IMG/VR virus record: IMGVR_UViG_3300011934_000017 | Location: 156,238-220,237 of that record | DNA length: 64,000 bases | Direction: 5' to 3' (one strand) | Shown here: positions 37,101 to 44,925 of the stretch, piece after piece | How the letters are laid out: each line of letters begins with the position of its first letter | How positions within the stretch are numbered: position 1 is the stretch's first letter | Notes under the pieces: model-generated | Told to the model about the DNA's origin: nothing | The model's input: the letters and a program-made list of their open reading frames with translations, nothing else | Database searches by the model: none | Program-made: the position numbers and the translations under genes

Positions 37101-40100
37101 ATATCTCCAATAACCTGGAGTTTATGAAACGTTTCGGCTTCGATTATATCTGTATTGATGAATCGCACAAGCTGAAAAAGAAAAGCTCGCAGCGCCACAA
37201 AAACATTAAGCAGTTTACCACAGGTTCACACGTTCGCTTCTTGCGTCTGGCCACAGGTACTTTGATTAGTGACCGTGTCAGCGATATTGTAGGGCAAGCA
37301 AGTCTCTATAATGGACACATTTTCCGTGACGGTGAAGTATCAAGAACAGCCGTCTCTGATGTGTCTCCCAGCGTGAGTGTTAACGGCGATGAAGTCCCGT
37401 TGTGGCAAGTAGATAGCCCTCAACGTGCTCGCCAGAAGCTTGGTCGTTATGCGTCTGTTATCACAATGAAGAAAAAGGAATGGGCATTCATGCTGCCCAG
37501 TCCTATTGAAACCTTCATTGCAGTACCTATGGTACCGGATAACGAAGGTGCTACCGCCGCTGAGCGTGAAGCCGTTGAGCTGGGTGAAATGCACAAGCAG
37601 CTTTATGATGCTGTACTTCAGGAGTCTGTCGAAGAGCTGGAAGAGCTTTTAAAGAAAGCCAAAGGTCGAGGTGCAGGCGAAGGTGATGACGACGAGGAAG
37701 AAGAAGCAGATAGCGATGGTTCGCCTGAAGGTGCTGATGTTGATCTGGACGATGCGGATGATTTAGCGGCACTAGGCGCTACCGCCCTTCATCCTTATCT
37801 GGCACGTATCGAGCGTTTGGTCACTAACCCTATGGCAGACCCGCTTGCTCCTCAAATCTTCGGTGCTGCGGGTGTTGAACACTACCATAGTACCAAAGCG
37901 CTTTACGTTGCTAAGCGAATCGACGACCACTTCAATCCTACGAAGTGGGAGAAAGACAAAATCTACAAGGAATACACACTTGTAGATTTTGAAGGTCGTT
38001 TATTCTTGAGTCGCAAGAAAGACAAGGGTTCTCCTACTCCAACAGTTCTTCCAGAGACTACTCGCGGTGTTACGCCTCTGGACGATACAGATACTTGGAA
38101 AGAAGAGCCGGAAGGTAAGATCGTTATTTTCTGTCGCTATACTAACAGCGTAAACGGTATTTATAACGCTTTGCCTTCTGAGTACAAGAAAATCGCTGTT
38201 AAGTTTACTGGTCAAGAACAAGACAAGTGGGCAAATCTTGATGGTTTCATGAACGATCCTAAAATCAAGATTCTGGTCGCTAACGAAATGGGTATTGCGG
38301 AAGGCCATAACATGCAGTTGGCTTCTCGTATTATTCGTATCGAGAGTCCTTGGGCGCCGGGTGATCTTGACCAAGCATCTTCACGTATCTTCCGTCCTGA
38401 TCCGAAAGCTCAGAAAGACATGGTTAAATCAGGTAAGCCTGGCGAGCTTGCGCGTGAAGCTATCTTCCTTGACTGGATTCTTTGCGATAACACAATGGAG
38501 GTTGCTAAGCAGGCACGTTTGATTTCCAAGATTTTCAACAAGGCACGTTTTGACGAAGCCGAAAACGCGACCTACGATGACGTGTTGAATGAGTACGACC
38601 TTGATGAAATTCGAATGAGTCTGGACACGCTTCGGTCTCGTGCGTCTCTGAGTGAATATACCGATTACGTTGAAGCTTATGCTGCGCTTAACGGTATTCA
38701 GCGTGAAGAGTTCCACGAAATGCGGGCTACCATGGATCACACCATGAAGAGCCTTGAAGTTACTCCGCCTACTCCTGGTTTTGCCAAGATTCAAACTCCT
38801 TTTGTTGCGAATCAAAAGCCCGACGATAGCGAGGGTCTAAATCTTGTTACGCTTCGGAACATGTTGCGCAGCGACGAGTACAGGAAGTTTAAAGATGATC
38901 CTTCTTTATTGAAAGGCATGCCCATTGTAACAGATATGGGTAAAGGACGCATCGCTTCTGTTCGAGTTCGCTACTTAAATCAAACAGTGTTGGATGAAGA
39001 AGGTAATCCTGTTCGTAACAAGCCTACTAGGGCTAATCCTTTAGGTACAATCAAGAAAGAACCTGTTCTTGACTCTCAAGGCCGCAAAGTTATCGACCCT
39101 GACAAGCCTATTAGTAGTATGAAAGTGAAGCTTTCTGGCTCGAATGATGTTATTGATATTAAGGGAACTGGCGATGTGTTTATGCCTACCACTCTTGATT
39201 CGAAAACAGCTAAGAAAGACTTCAAGGTTAACAATCTGAATACTACAGCGACACAGGAGCGTAAAACAGCCCGAGAAGAGGAGCGCATTCGCCAAGAGGA
39301 AGAGGAAGAGCGTAAGCAGAAGGAGAAAGAGGAAGAGAAAGCATTGCTCAGAGAAGAGCGACGTCGGAAGAGGGAAGCACAGCAAGCCAAAGAACGTGCT
39401 GCCGCTGCTGAAGACGGTAAGAAGCGTGAAGAAAACATCAAAGACGGCAAGCCAATCAACACAGGTATTCGCCCGAAGGACAATGTTCCTCCGATTAAGC
39501 GTGGTCGCATTCAAGACGAAGATGGTGACAAGGTAGTTACCGTATCTCCTGCTTACTTCCACGGCTATCTAACGCTCGAAATGGACAGCGACGATACTGA
39601 TCCTAAACTAGCCAAGAAGCTTGGGTTCAAGACTTCAGGACCCTATGCTTACGTTACTGCGGATCGTTACAATCGTTTCGATAAGGTTCTGGATTACCTC
39701 GAAAGTAACTTCTATCTATCGGATGCAAGTGCTCGCCGCTTGGAAGAAGTTCAAGATGCTTTCGATACAGGTCCGAAAGAAATCTATCGTATGGAGCTGC
39801 TGCCAAACACTTCTCTTCCGATGTTCTTCGCTGTTAGCAAGCGCAAGGTCACCAAGCGTAATGAGATTCGTCCATACCCAATCATTATGCCGGATGCTTT
39901 GCATATTGCTGTTGATAAGCTGACAAGTCCTGCCATTGTTAAGCACATCAATAAAGCGATTCCGGGTGCCGTGACCAAATGGAAAGAGCATCCTGGACAC
40001 TACCTGTTCTTTGCAACAACGAAAGCAGAACTTCGCAACAAAATTCGTGAACTGAAAAAGGCAGGACTCACTATAGCAAATGAGGCCGAAGCTAAAGCGG

Positions 40101-40144
40101 AAATCACCAACATCAAATTCCGTGCTGCTAAAGGCAAGAAGTAA
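34130..40144 (+). CDS. Giant (2004 aa) SNF2/SWI2-family ATPase-domain protein
   Basis: MFPHQ, APGGGKTT, IDESH, LATGT, VIFCRY, EGHNMQ, ESPWAPGDLDQASSRIFR; AGGAG RBS. Confidence 0.85.
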   Translation: MTLSFEDGLKQLHKILQESNSSSEDQDDQNPDTLPVNYGLAYPFSSLSASKDDSDSIISQQLTSVRLDKDRAAEYNKTFYPKGSEAFQPIIEELVKVSAQVNGMFSLLRYCLASSRRLSLMGPMERADAINREAERILRNVSGGDRSEIIDNFLSSTNSGKNHVIKPSTRYEGGYDIRFIGSPASPSSSVEASLPSIHVPYGENSVIDIAPGGKSNSPHYQREYLEAYATEFAQNAVAAGEEILQMLVGEKASDYGSAAQRLVRTVPFDFDFRSANEIFFKHTGIVLTVDMMEDIDKSIVQKYGEFFSACVIRTPKSSLINLVYRKMEKDRAEAQEGAEAPPVSASYIEDYVTKEGMALSQVVSLSFAITLPADITRYITQTETSERVPIASLHNWASIWTRVFIRKKGAKMSGGRIRNREIPRFVPPLSKTQNITNLRAQNGFHVEPGKGDDNGIFIAPDGTLQYGLPTEAKADINENLINYERDLDTYLAFCFDHDIPPQSTMALPNEVQVGSADPNVNEQYKKLFNNVRKYSGKLLSYDWDYNNIITAHVTDPTSIVPRDLVGAAKVDSLAIADYLGYNFADEGESPIRKGFADAMVLMTQPNSEDSDIALSRVSSSSNPAAFMEPGGVSPSLLEFYAFQMMKERVPDGEKLFEMAKSELGITELSEYDQYIYPNLFLNGYPDPDGSIRSSRGTVNFLLSCVSHTMRHCNRGPILRQMVANENPGISPGDLAEEVENHPHFFNPSSSPAADFGRLYNYIGGMIFRIAMESLTKVARKDLFSVEEPIPVGGYGNALLHKSNHSQVSRTILPLAIMFSKYIPNKDLYFREAEELVESNKGDPSVDESDIQIAGSVDGAQMFPHQVRAHGSLRKRPAFSILDIAPGGGKTTLGVTDIASMVTELNELGQDKIKPIILCPDGLIKNWVDDMKIFTGNNWNMLPVNSTILSRWGYEKLEETIRNAPPNTIVVCGFQFLNNKKETIVVGTHSVNISNNLEFMKRFGFDYICIDESHKLKKKSSQRHKNIKQFTTGSHVRFLRLATGTLISDRVSDIVGQASLYNGHIFRDGEVSRTAVSDVSPSVSVNGDEVPLWQVDSPQRARQKLGRYASVITMKKKEWAFMLPSPIETFIAVPMVPDNEGATAAEREAVELGEMHKQLYDAVLQESVEELEELLKKAKGRGAGEGDDDEEEEADSDGSPEGADVDLDDADDLAALGATALHPYLARIERLVTNPMADPLAPQIFGAAGVEHYHSTKALYVAKRIDDHFNPTKWEKDKIYKEYTLVDFEGRLFLSRKKDKGSPTPTVLPETTRGVTPLDDTDTWKEEPEGKIVIFCRYTNSVNGIYNALPSEYKKIAVKFTGQEQDKWANLDGFMNDPKIKILVANEMGIAEGHNMQLASRIIRIESPWAPGDLDQASSRIFRPDPKAQKDMVKSGKPGELAREAIFLDWILCDNTMEVAKQARLISKIFNKARFDEAENATYDDVLNEYDLDEIRMSLDTLRSRASLSEYTDYVEAYAALNGIQREEFHEMRATMDHTMKSLEVTPPTPGFAKIQTPFVANQKPDDSEGLNLVTLRNMLRSDEYRKFKDDPSLLKGMPIVTDMGKGRIASVRVRYLNQTVLDEEGNPVRNKPTRANPLGTIKKEPVLDSQGRKVIDPDKPISSMKVKLSGSNDVIDIKGTGDVFMPTTLDSKTAKKDFKVNNLNTTATQERKTAREEERIRQEEEEERKQKEKEEEKALLREERRRKREAQQAKERAAAAEDGKKREENIKDGKPINTGIRPKDNVPPIKRGRIQDEDGDKVVTVSPAYFHGYLTLEMDSDDTDPKLAKKLGFKTSGPYAYVTADRYNRFDKVLDYLESNFYLSDASARRLEEVQDAFDTGPKEIYRMELLPNTSLPMFFAVSKRKVTKRNEIRPYPIIMPDALHIAVDKLTSPAIVKHINKAIPGAVTKWKEHPGHYLFFATTKAELRNKIRELKKAGLTIANEAEAKAEITNIKFRAAKGKK

Positions 40145-40185
40145 GTAATCTATCGGACAGGGACGTCCTTTTAGGAGTTAAGCTC

Positions 40186-40791
40186 ATGATTATAGTAGTG
40201 ACAGGACCAGCATTTAGCGGTCGCATGGAGATGGCTGAAAAGCTTCTATTGCATTTACCGGAAGCTGAACCATTTCCCTTAATAACACACTCTAAAAAGC
40301 TTTTTGCTTGGGACAAAGAATCAATGTTGTCCTACTCTACAAAAGCCGATTTTGAAGCTATGTCCGAAAACTCGGAATTCCTTTATGAGTTTGAAAGTGG
40401 TGGTACATCGTTTGGTATTTCCAGAGACTTAGTTAGTGATCCGAAGAAAATCTACATAGTTACTTGCGATCCAGATGTGGCTCTGATGGTTTCTAAGCTA
40501 TTTCAAGAACTGGATGTGGTTTCCCTGTGTGTATACATGCATTGCTCTCTAAGAACCCTGATGTTTCGACGTTCCGGTGAAGTAAGAGCTTCCGCCTCCA
40601 GCGATCTTCACTTTATTCAGGACATATATGGAGATCATTCCTTGAAGTTTGGTCAGCTTTTAGCAGACACCGAGAAAGGTCGTGGATTCAATAAGATCAT
40701 TCCTGTTAACTCTGATCGCCTAGCTTCAAGCTCATATTGGAACGAAGTAGTTAAACCACTTACATCCCGATTAATTTCAGAAGCCGTTTAA
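40186..40791 (+). CDS. Guanylate-kinase-like NMP kinase fold, degenerate P-loop
   Basis: IIVVTGPAFSGR; YS-T-x-x-D-FE-x-M...EFLYE...GGTSFGISR, resembling the GMK nucleotide-binding domain. Confidence 0.6.
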   Translation: MIIVVTGPAFSGRMEMAEKLLLHLPEAEPFPLITHSKKLFAWDKESMLSYSTKADFEAMSENSEFLYEFESGGTSFGISRDLVSDPKKIYIVTCDPDVALMVSKLFQELDVVSLCVYMHCSLRTLMFRRSGEVRASASSDLHFIQDIYGDHSLKFGQLLADTEKGRGFNKIIPVNSDRLASSSYWNEVVKPLTSRLISEAV

Positions 40792-40800
40792 GGAATCAGT

Positions 40801-41238
40801 ATGCAAATCAAAAAGACCCAACTTCAACGACAGCAAGTTATTATGTCGAAGCTCGGTTTCTATAAGAGTGCCTGTGAAGGTATCTGGGGACCCGAAGCCA
40901 TCGCAGCTAAGAGCGCATGGGAGCGTGATCCGTCTTTCATTCCAGGACTGCCTACTAACGGTCTCCCTCTAGGTGATCGAGATCCGCTTCCTCAAGGTGT
41001 TTCGTTTGATAAAGCCACACGCTTGTTTCGTCTCGAAGGTATGACAGACGAGGAGATGGATAAGTACGTAGAAAAAGCTTCTCCTAAGCCTGAGAAAGAG
41101 AATCCACCTCAAGAGACGGTAGATTCTGAAACAGTTACAGAAGCCGAAAATGAACCTACTGTATATTCACCAGAGCAAAAGAACGAGCACACCAACTCCA
41201 ATCAGAGTTTTGGTAAACACAATAAAAAGAAACGATAG
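40801..41238 (+). CDS. Hypothetical protein
   Basis: AAGGA RBS. Confidence 0.75.
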   Translation: MQIKKTQLQRQQVIMSKLGFYKSACEGIWGPEAIAAKSAWERDPSFIPGLPTNGLPLGDRDPLPQGVSFDKATRLFRLEGMTDEEMDKYVEKASPKPEKENPPQETVDSETVTEAENEPTVYSPEQKNEHTNSNQSFGKHNKKKR

Positions 41239-41246
41239 GAGGTTGT

Positions 41247-41999
41247 ATGCTTGATTTAAAGCTATCTACCTTATATCTAAAATCTTCTCGATTCCAAGAC
41301 TCCTTTTTGATTGCACATCTGGAGAAGCCCGAAGAATTTGTACCAGGTTCTTATATGTCCGATCTACTTGGCTACTTTGGAATCGGTGCTGGAATCTATC
41401 GACGCGATATAAAGAGTCCTCCAGATTGGGCATATCGTTATCGATTCTCTCAATTTCCCGACGTGCTTAAAAGGCTAAACGAGCTAGAAAGCAGAATAGG
41501 AGTGGAAAAGGCGAAGATTATTGTCTTTTCAGATATTGTTAAATGGTTTCAAGGCCTTCTAGGTTTCTACGCATATCACGGTATTCATTTTGCTATTCCT
41601 GATCTGCGCATGTTCATAGATATGACCGCTTCCTACTTAAACATACCTGTTTCTCCTGATCTACGACTACAGCTTATAGGACCTGACGCTCCTCCAGATA
41701 AACCTGTAGTAGAAAGCGTTATTCTTTTTGAAGTTACGGAAGACAAGGATGTGCTGTTAGGTTTTGGAGCGCCAGCTTTTGAACCGAAGCTTGATTCTAC
41801 TTATGAGTTCTTTGACCTGAGCATAGATAACCATCGGTTTGATTGGGAGCATAGCTCGCAGCTTGGAACACCTTCGAATCTTGTGGGAACTCTGCTGAGT
41901 CTAAAGCACTACAATTTTTCAGCTTCGCCCAAGGAAGAGCAAGAAGAAGAGCTGGATTTCCACATAGAGCATTTAAATAAGATTAGGAGAGCAGTATGA
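41247..41999 (+). CDS. Hypothetical protein
   Basis: AGGAGG RBS. Confidence 0.75.
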   Translation: MLDLKLSTLYLKSSRFQDSFLIAHLEKPEEFVPGSYMSDLLGYFGIGAGIYRRDIKSPPDWAYRYRFSQFPDVLKRLNELESRIGVEKAKIIVFSDIVKWFQGLLGFYAYHGIHFAIPDLRMFIDMTASYLNIPVSPDLRLQLIGPDAPPDKPVVESVILFEVTEDKDVLLGFGAPAFEPKLDSTYEFFDLSIDNHRFDWEHSSQLGTPSNLVGTLLSLKHYNFSASPKEEQEEELDFHIEHLNKIRRAV

Positions 42000-42358
42000 C
42001 ACCTATTGTTCATGGTGCGATGGAATTACCGCAAGGCGTAGGTACAAAAGCAAAGCTTCAGGATTTAAAGGGTCCTATACGTGCTGTTATTCATCCTGAA
42101 GATGATTCGTATCACGTATTTGCCTTGCCTTGGACATTCGCTTGGAATACAATCAGTATTGCACCGGAAGGTACAGCTACTATCTACTTCACCATCAGTT
42201 CACCCGAGTCTATTCGAAGCGATACTGCTATCTGGCATGAATGGGGTCAAGGCACTATTTCTGAACCTTCTTGGCACGAGTGGGAAAATCCTTGGTTAGC
42301 CATGCGTGTTGACTGCGACGCTACCACAATCGTTGAAATTGCAGGCAAATACGGATAA
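41996..42358 (+). CDS. Hypothetical Trp-rich small protein
   Basis: ATGA overlap and AGGAG RBS. Confidence 0.7.
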   Translation: MTPIVHGAMELPQGVGTKAKLQDLKGPIRAVIHPEDDSYHVFALPWTFAWNTISIAPEGTATIYFTISSPESIRSDTAIWHEWGQGTISEPSWHEWENPWLAMRVDCDATTIVEIAGKYG

Positions 42359-42361
42359 TTT

Positions 42362-42682
42362 ATGTCAAACATCATCGAAGTAACAGACGACACTTTTTCA
42401 GGTGCTCTAATGTCTAACGCTAAAGCTGCTGTACTGTTCCATGCACCTTGGAGTGGACACTCTCAGCTAATGCATCCTATCATGGAGAGCGTGGCAGAAG
42501 ACTCCACTGTTACCGTTTGTTTTGCTCAAGCAGAATTGAACACGTCGTTCATAGCTAAATTTGGTATTCGCACAGTTCCAACCTTAGCGCTGTTTGAAAA
42601 CGGAAAACTGCAAGGCGTTCGTATCGGGCGACAAACCCGAGAAGACGTTTTATCCTTTTTAGAAAGCTCTTCCCAGGAATAA
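42362..42682 (+). CDS. Thioredoxin-fold protein lacking CxxC
   Basis: VLFHAPWSGHSQ in place of WCGPC; cis-Pro motif TVPT; LFENGK. Confidence 0.85.
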   Translation: MSNIIEVTDDTFSGALMSNAKAAVLFHAPWSGHSQLMHPIMESVAEDSTVTVCFAQAELNTSFIAKFGIRTVPTLALFENGKLQGVRIGRQTREDVLSFLESSSQE

Positions 42683-42685
42683 ATC

Positions 42686-44617
42686 ATGACTATAAAATTT
42701 TCTCCGCAAACGTCTTTGTCAGCAGGACGCAAAAGCGATCCCACCAAATTCAAATGGTTCGAGGTCTCTAAAGGTAAAATTCTTTTAGATAATCACCATA
42801 AAGAGTTCGAAGTCGAGCTTAAAAAAGGTGAGAAATTCGGTATCAAAAAAGGTCGGGGAAAATTCATTCTTGTCGATGAAGACGACCTTTCTCTGACCTT
42901 CTCTCTGACTTTGGATGACGTTTCTGCTATTCTGTCGAAGGCTAAAAGCTTTTCTGGTATGATAGATGGTAAGAAAGTGATGCCTGGTAGTCCTAAAGAC
43001 TTTGCAGGCGCGAAGTCTGCACCGTCTGCTTCAAGACGTGTGCCTCCGGAAATGTCCCTGACATACTACAGAGCCTTAGAAAATGTTTTTGGGGTTCTAT
43101 GGCGACCTTTTGCAGGCTACATAAATAAAGGTGAAGGTAAGGGTAAGCCTGCAAAAGGAATGCTTAACAGAATGCTTAAAAGCGCCTACAAGAGTGCTCA
43201 GGAGATTAAGTCTTACGGAGGCAAACTTCCTAAATACCAACATTCTTACCTGGAAAAGTATTACGACTTCTACAATAACACGTTAGCAGAAGTTCTCAAA
43301 AAGCCTGTTCCCGACATTTTGGAGATTAGCGCGCCAGCACGAAGTACCTATAAATTCACTGTTAAAGAATACCGTGAAGATATCAAGTATTTCGCAGACA
43401 TTTTTCTGCTGGATGAAGAGAAATCAACAAAACAAACCCAGAAAATTTTAGCGCAGAAAAAGAACGATGCCGCTCATGGTGTAAAAATGCTTAAATTCCT
43501 GGGAGAGAAACTGCCTTCCACTAAAAAGCATCAGCGTGTTATCGAGGAAGTCCTTGAACCTGCTACGAAAAGTCGTGCTTCGAAAACGCCATCTAATACA
43601 ACTAAGCCACATCCCGGTTTAGAAGTAAAGCAAGGTGCTACACCCAAGCAAGATCGTTCAGGTGAAGCAGCCAAGCGCATCACAGATAAGAACGTCGTTA
43701 CTGCTTTGAAGCGTATGGGTGTAGAGCTTGAGAAGGATCCTTCCGATAAGGCATATCGCGGTGAGGTGACTCCGAAGCTTACTCGTGAGATTAAAAGCGC
43801 TTTTGAAAATGCAGGTTGGGATACCAGCTATCGTAAAGGCGGTTCTAACACTAGAAAGCGAGGGTCGTTTACCGTTCTTTATATGGAGCTGCCTGGCGGA
43901 AAGCGTCATGTTACCATAGCGACTACAGGACGTTCTAAAGGTCGCGTAACAGTAATGCCTCCTACTACCAAAGCTGCGCCTAAAGCTGCTGCGCCTAAAG
44001 CTGCTGCGCCTAAAGCTGCTCCTGCTAAAAAATCGGCTTCTAGTGTTACAAACTACAATGACTATGTAGCTCTTCTGGAACGTAATAGTGACGAACTGGA
44101 TCAAAACGGTATTGATCCTGCGGAAGTAGCACCAGACTTTTTGCGTAATATTAAAGGCTTGCGTTCCTTTATGAATAAAAAGTTTGGTTTAAAGGGCGAA
44201 GATGCTGCTAGAGCCTTAGCCGACGATATCTATATGGGCAGACCTGCTAATCTGCGCCGGGACGAAGGTGTTTCCGACGCGATAGATAATTACGAAGAGG
44301 AAATAGAAGCCACATTCATTCAGGACGTCGCCCGTAACCTGAGACACATGAAAAAGCACAGTAAAGCGATAACCGAAATAAAGCAGAAAGAGATAATAGA
44401 AGGGATGGCGTCGTTCACCTGTAAGTTCGAAGGAACGCCCTTCCAGATAGATGTTGTCTTCCAAGACGTTGTGAAAGGTAAGATATCTGCTCGTGTGTCT
44501 ATCTCCAGTTCCACAATGCGCGGTAGTGTGAGCAAGCGGGCGTTAGGCGCAAAAGCAGAACCTGAAGCTTTGGTTAAGCGCATTGTGAACTTCTTTGAGA
44601 CAGGTGGCAAGTGGTAG
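42686..44617 (+). CDS. Multidomain virion-like protein, paralog family A member 3
   Basis: DPTKFKWFE...LKKGEKFGIKK N-terminal domain; AAPK repeats. Confidence 0.75.
   Translation: MTIKFSPQTSLSAGRKSDPTKFKWFEVSKGKILLDNHHKEFEVELKKGEKFGIKKGRGKFILVDEDDLSLTFSLTLDDVSAILSKAKSFSGMIDGKKVMPGSPKDFAGAKSAPSASRRVPPEMSLTYYRALENVFGVLWRPFAGYINKGEGKGKPAKGMLNRMLKSAYKSAQEIKSYGGKLPKYQHSYLEKYYDFYNNTLAEVLKKPVPDILEISAPARSTYKFTVKEYREDIKYFADIFLLDEEKSTKQTQKILAQKKNDAAHGVKMLKFLGEKLPSTKKHQRVIEEVLEPATKSRASKTPSNTTKPHPGLEVKQGATPKQDRSGEAAKRITDKNVVTALKRMGVELEKDPSDKAYRGEVTPKLTREIKSAFENAGWDTSYRKGGSNTRKRGSFTVLYMELPGGKRHVTIATTGRSKGRVTVMPPTTKAAPKAAAPKAAAPKAAPAKKSASSVTNYNDYVALLERNSDELDQNGIDPAEVAPDFLRNIKGLRSFMNKKFGLKGEDAARALADDIYMGRPANLRRDEGVSDAIDNYEEEIEATFIQDVARNLRHMKKHSKAITEIKQKEIIEGMASFTCKFEGTPFQIDVVFQDVVKGKISARVSISSSTMRGSVSKRALGAKAEPEALVKRIVNFFETGGKW
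43976..44020 (+). repeat. 3 x 15-nt exact tandem repeat (GCGCCTAAAGCTGCT, APKAA)
   Basis: Read directly from the sequence. Confidence 0.9.
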
Positions 44618-44660
44618 TAAACTGTAAATATGAAGCATCAATCATGTCTATAGGTGCTTC

Positions 44661-44828
44661 ATGTTCGACAACTCTGTGATACAACCTCCTGTTCTTGATA
44701 AGCCTCATATTGTTCTCATTGACCGATACTGGCGTGTTAGCAAGCTTAAAAAGCCGTATAGGCAGCGTGAAAGATTTAAACTTGCTCATGACTTCGTAAC
44801 AAGGTTAAATCGTGATCTACATTACTGA
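44661..44828 (+). CDS. Small basic 55-aa protein (MFDNSVIQPPVLDKPHIVLIDRYWRVSKLKKPYRQRERFKLAHDFVTRLNRDLHY)
   Basis: Manual translation; AGGTG RBS, TGTAAATA at 44623-44630, terminator at 44837-44869. Below the ORF-track cutoff. Confidence 0.7.
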   Translation: MFDNSVIQPPVLDKPHIVLIDRYWRVSKLKKPYRQRERFKLAHDFVTRLNRDLHY

Positions 44829-44836
44829 CGACTTGG

Positions 44837-44869
44837 ACCCTGAAAGCCTAATCGGTTTTCGGGGTTTTT
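44837..44869 (+). terminator. Rho-independent terminator
   Basis: CCCTGAAAGCC-TAATC-GGTTTTCGGGG stem (2 G-U pairs) followed by TTTTT. Confidence 0.7.
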
Positions 44870-44925
44870 CGGTTTCTAAAACTGTAAATAGTGATTATAG
44901 AACGTTATTCTAGTTTGAGGTCATC

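Noticed and set aside
44574-44789. 71-aa - strand ORF from the track
   Set aside because: No RBS and overlaps the upstream gene; the + strand 55-aa ORF has a promoter motif, RBS and terminator.
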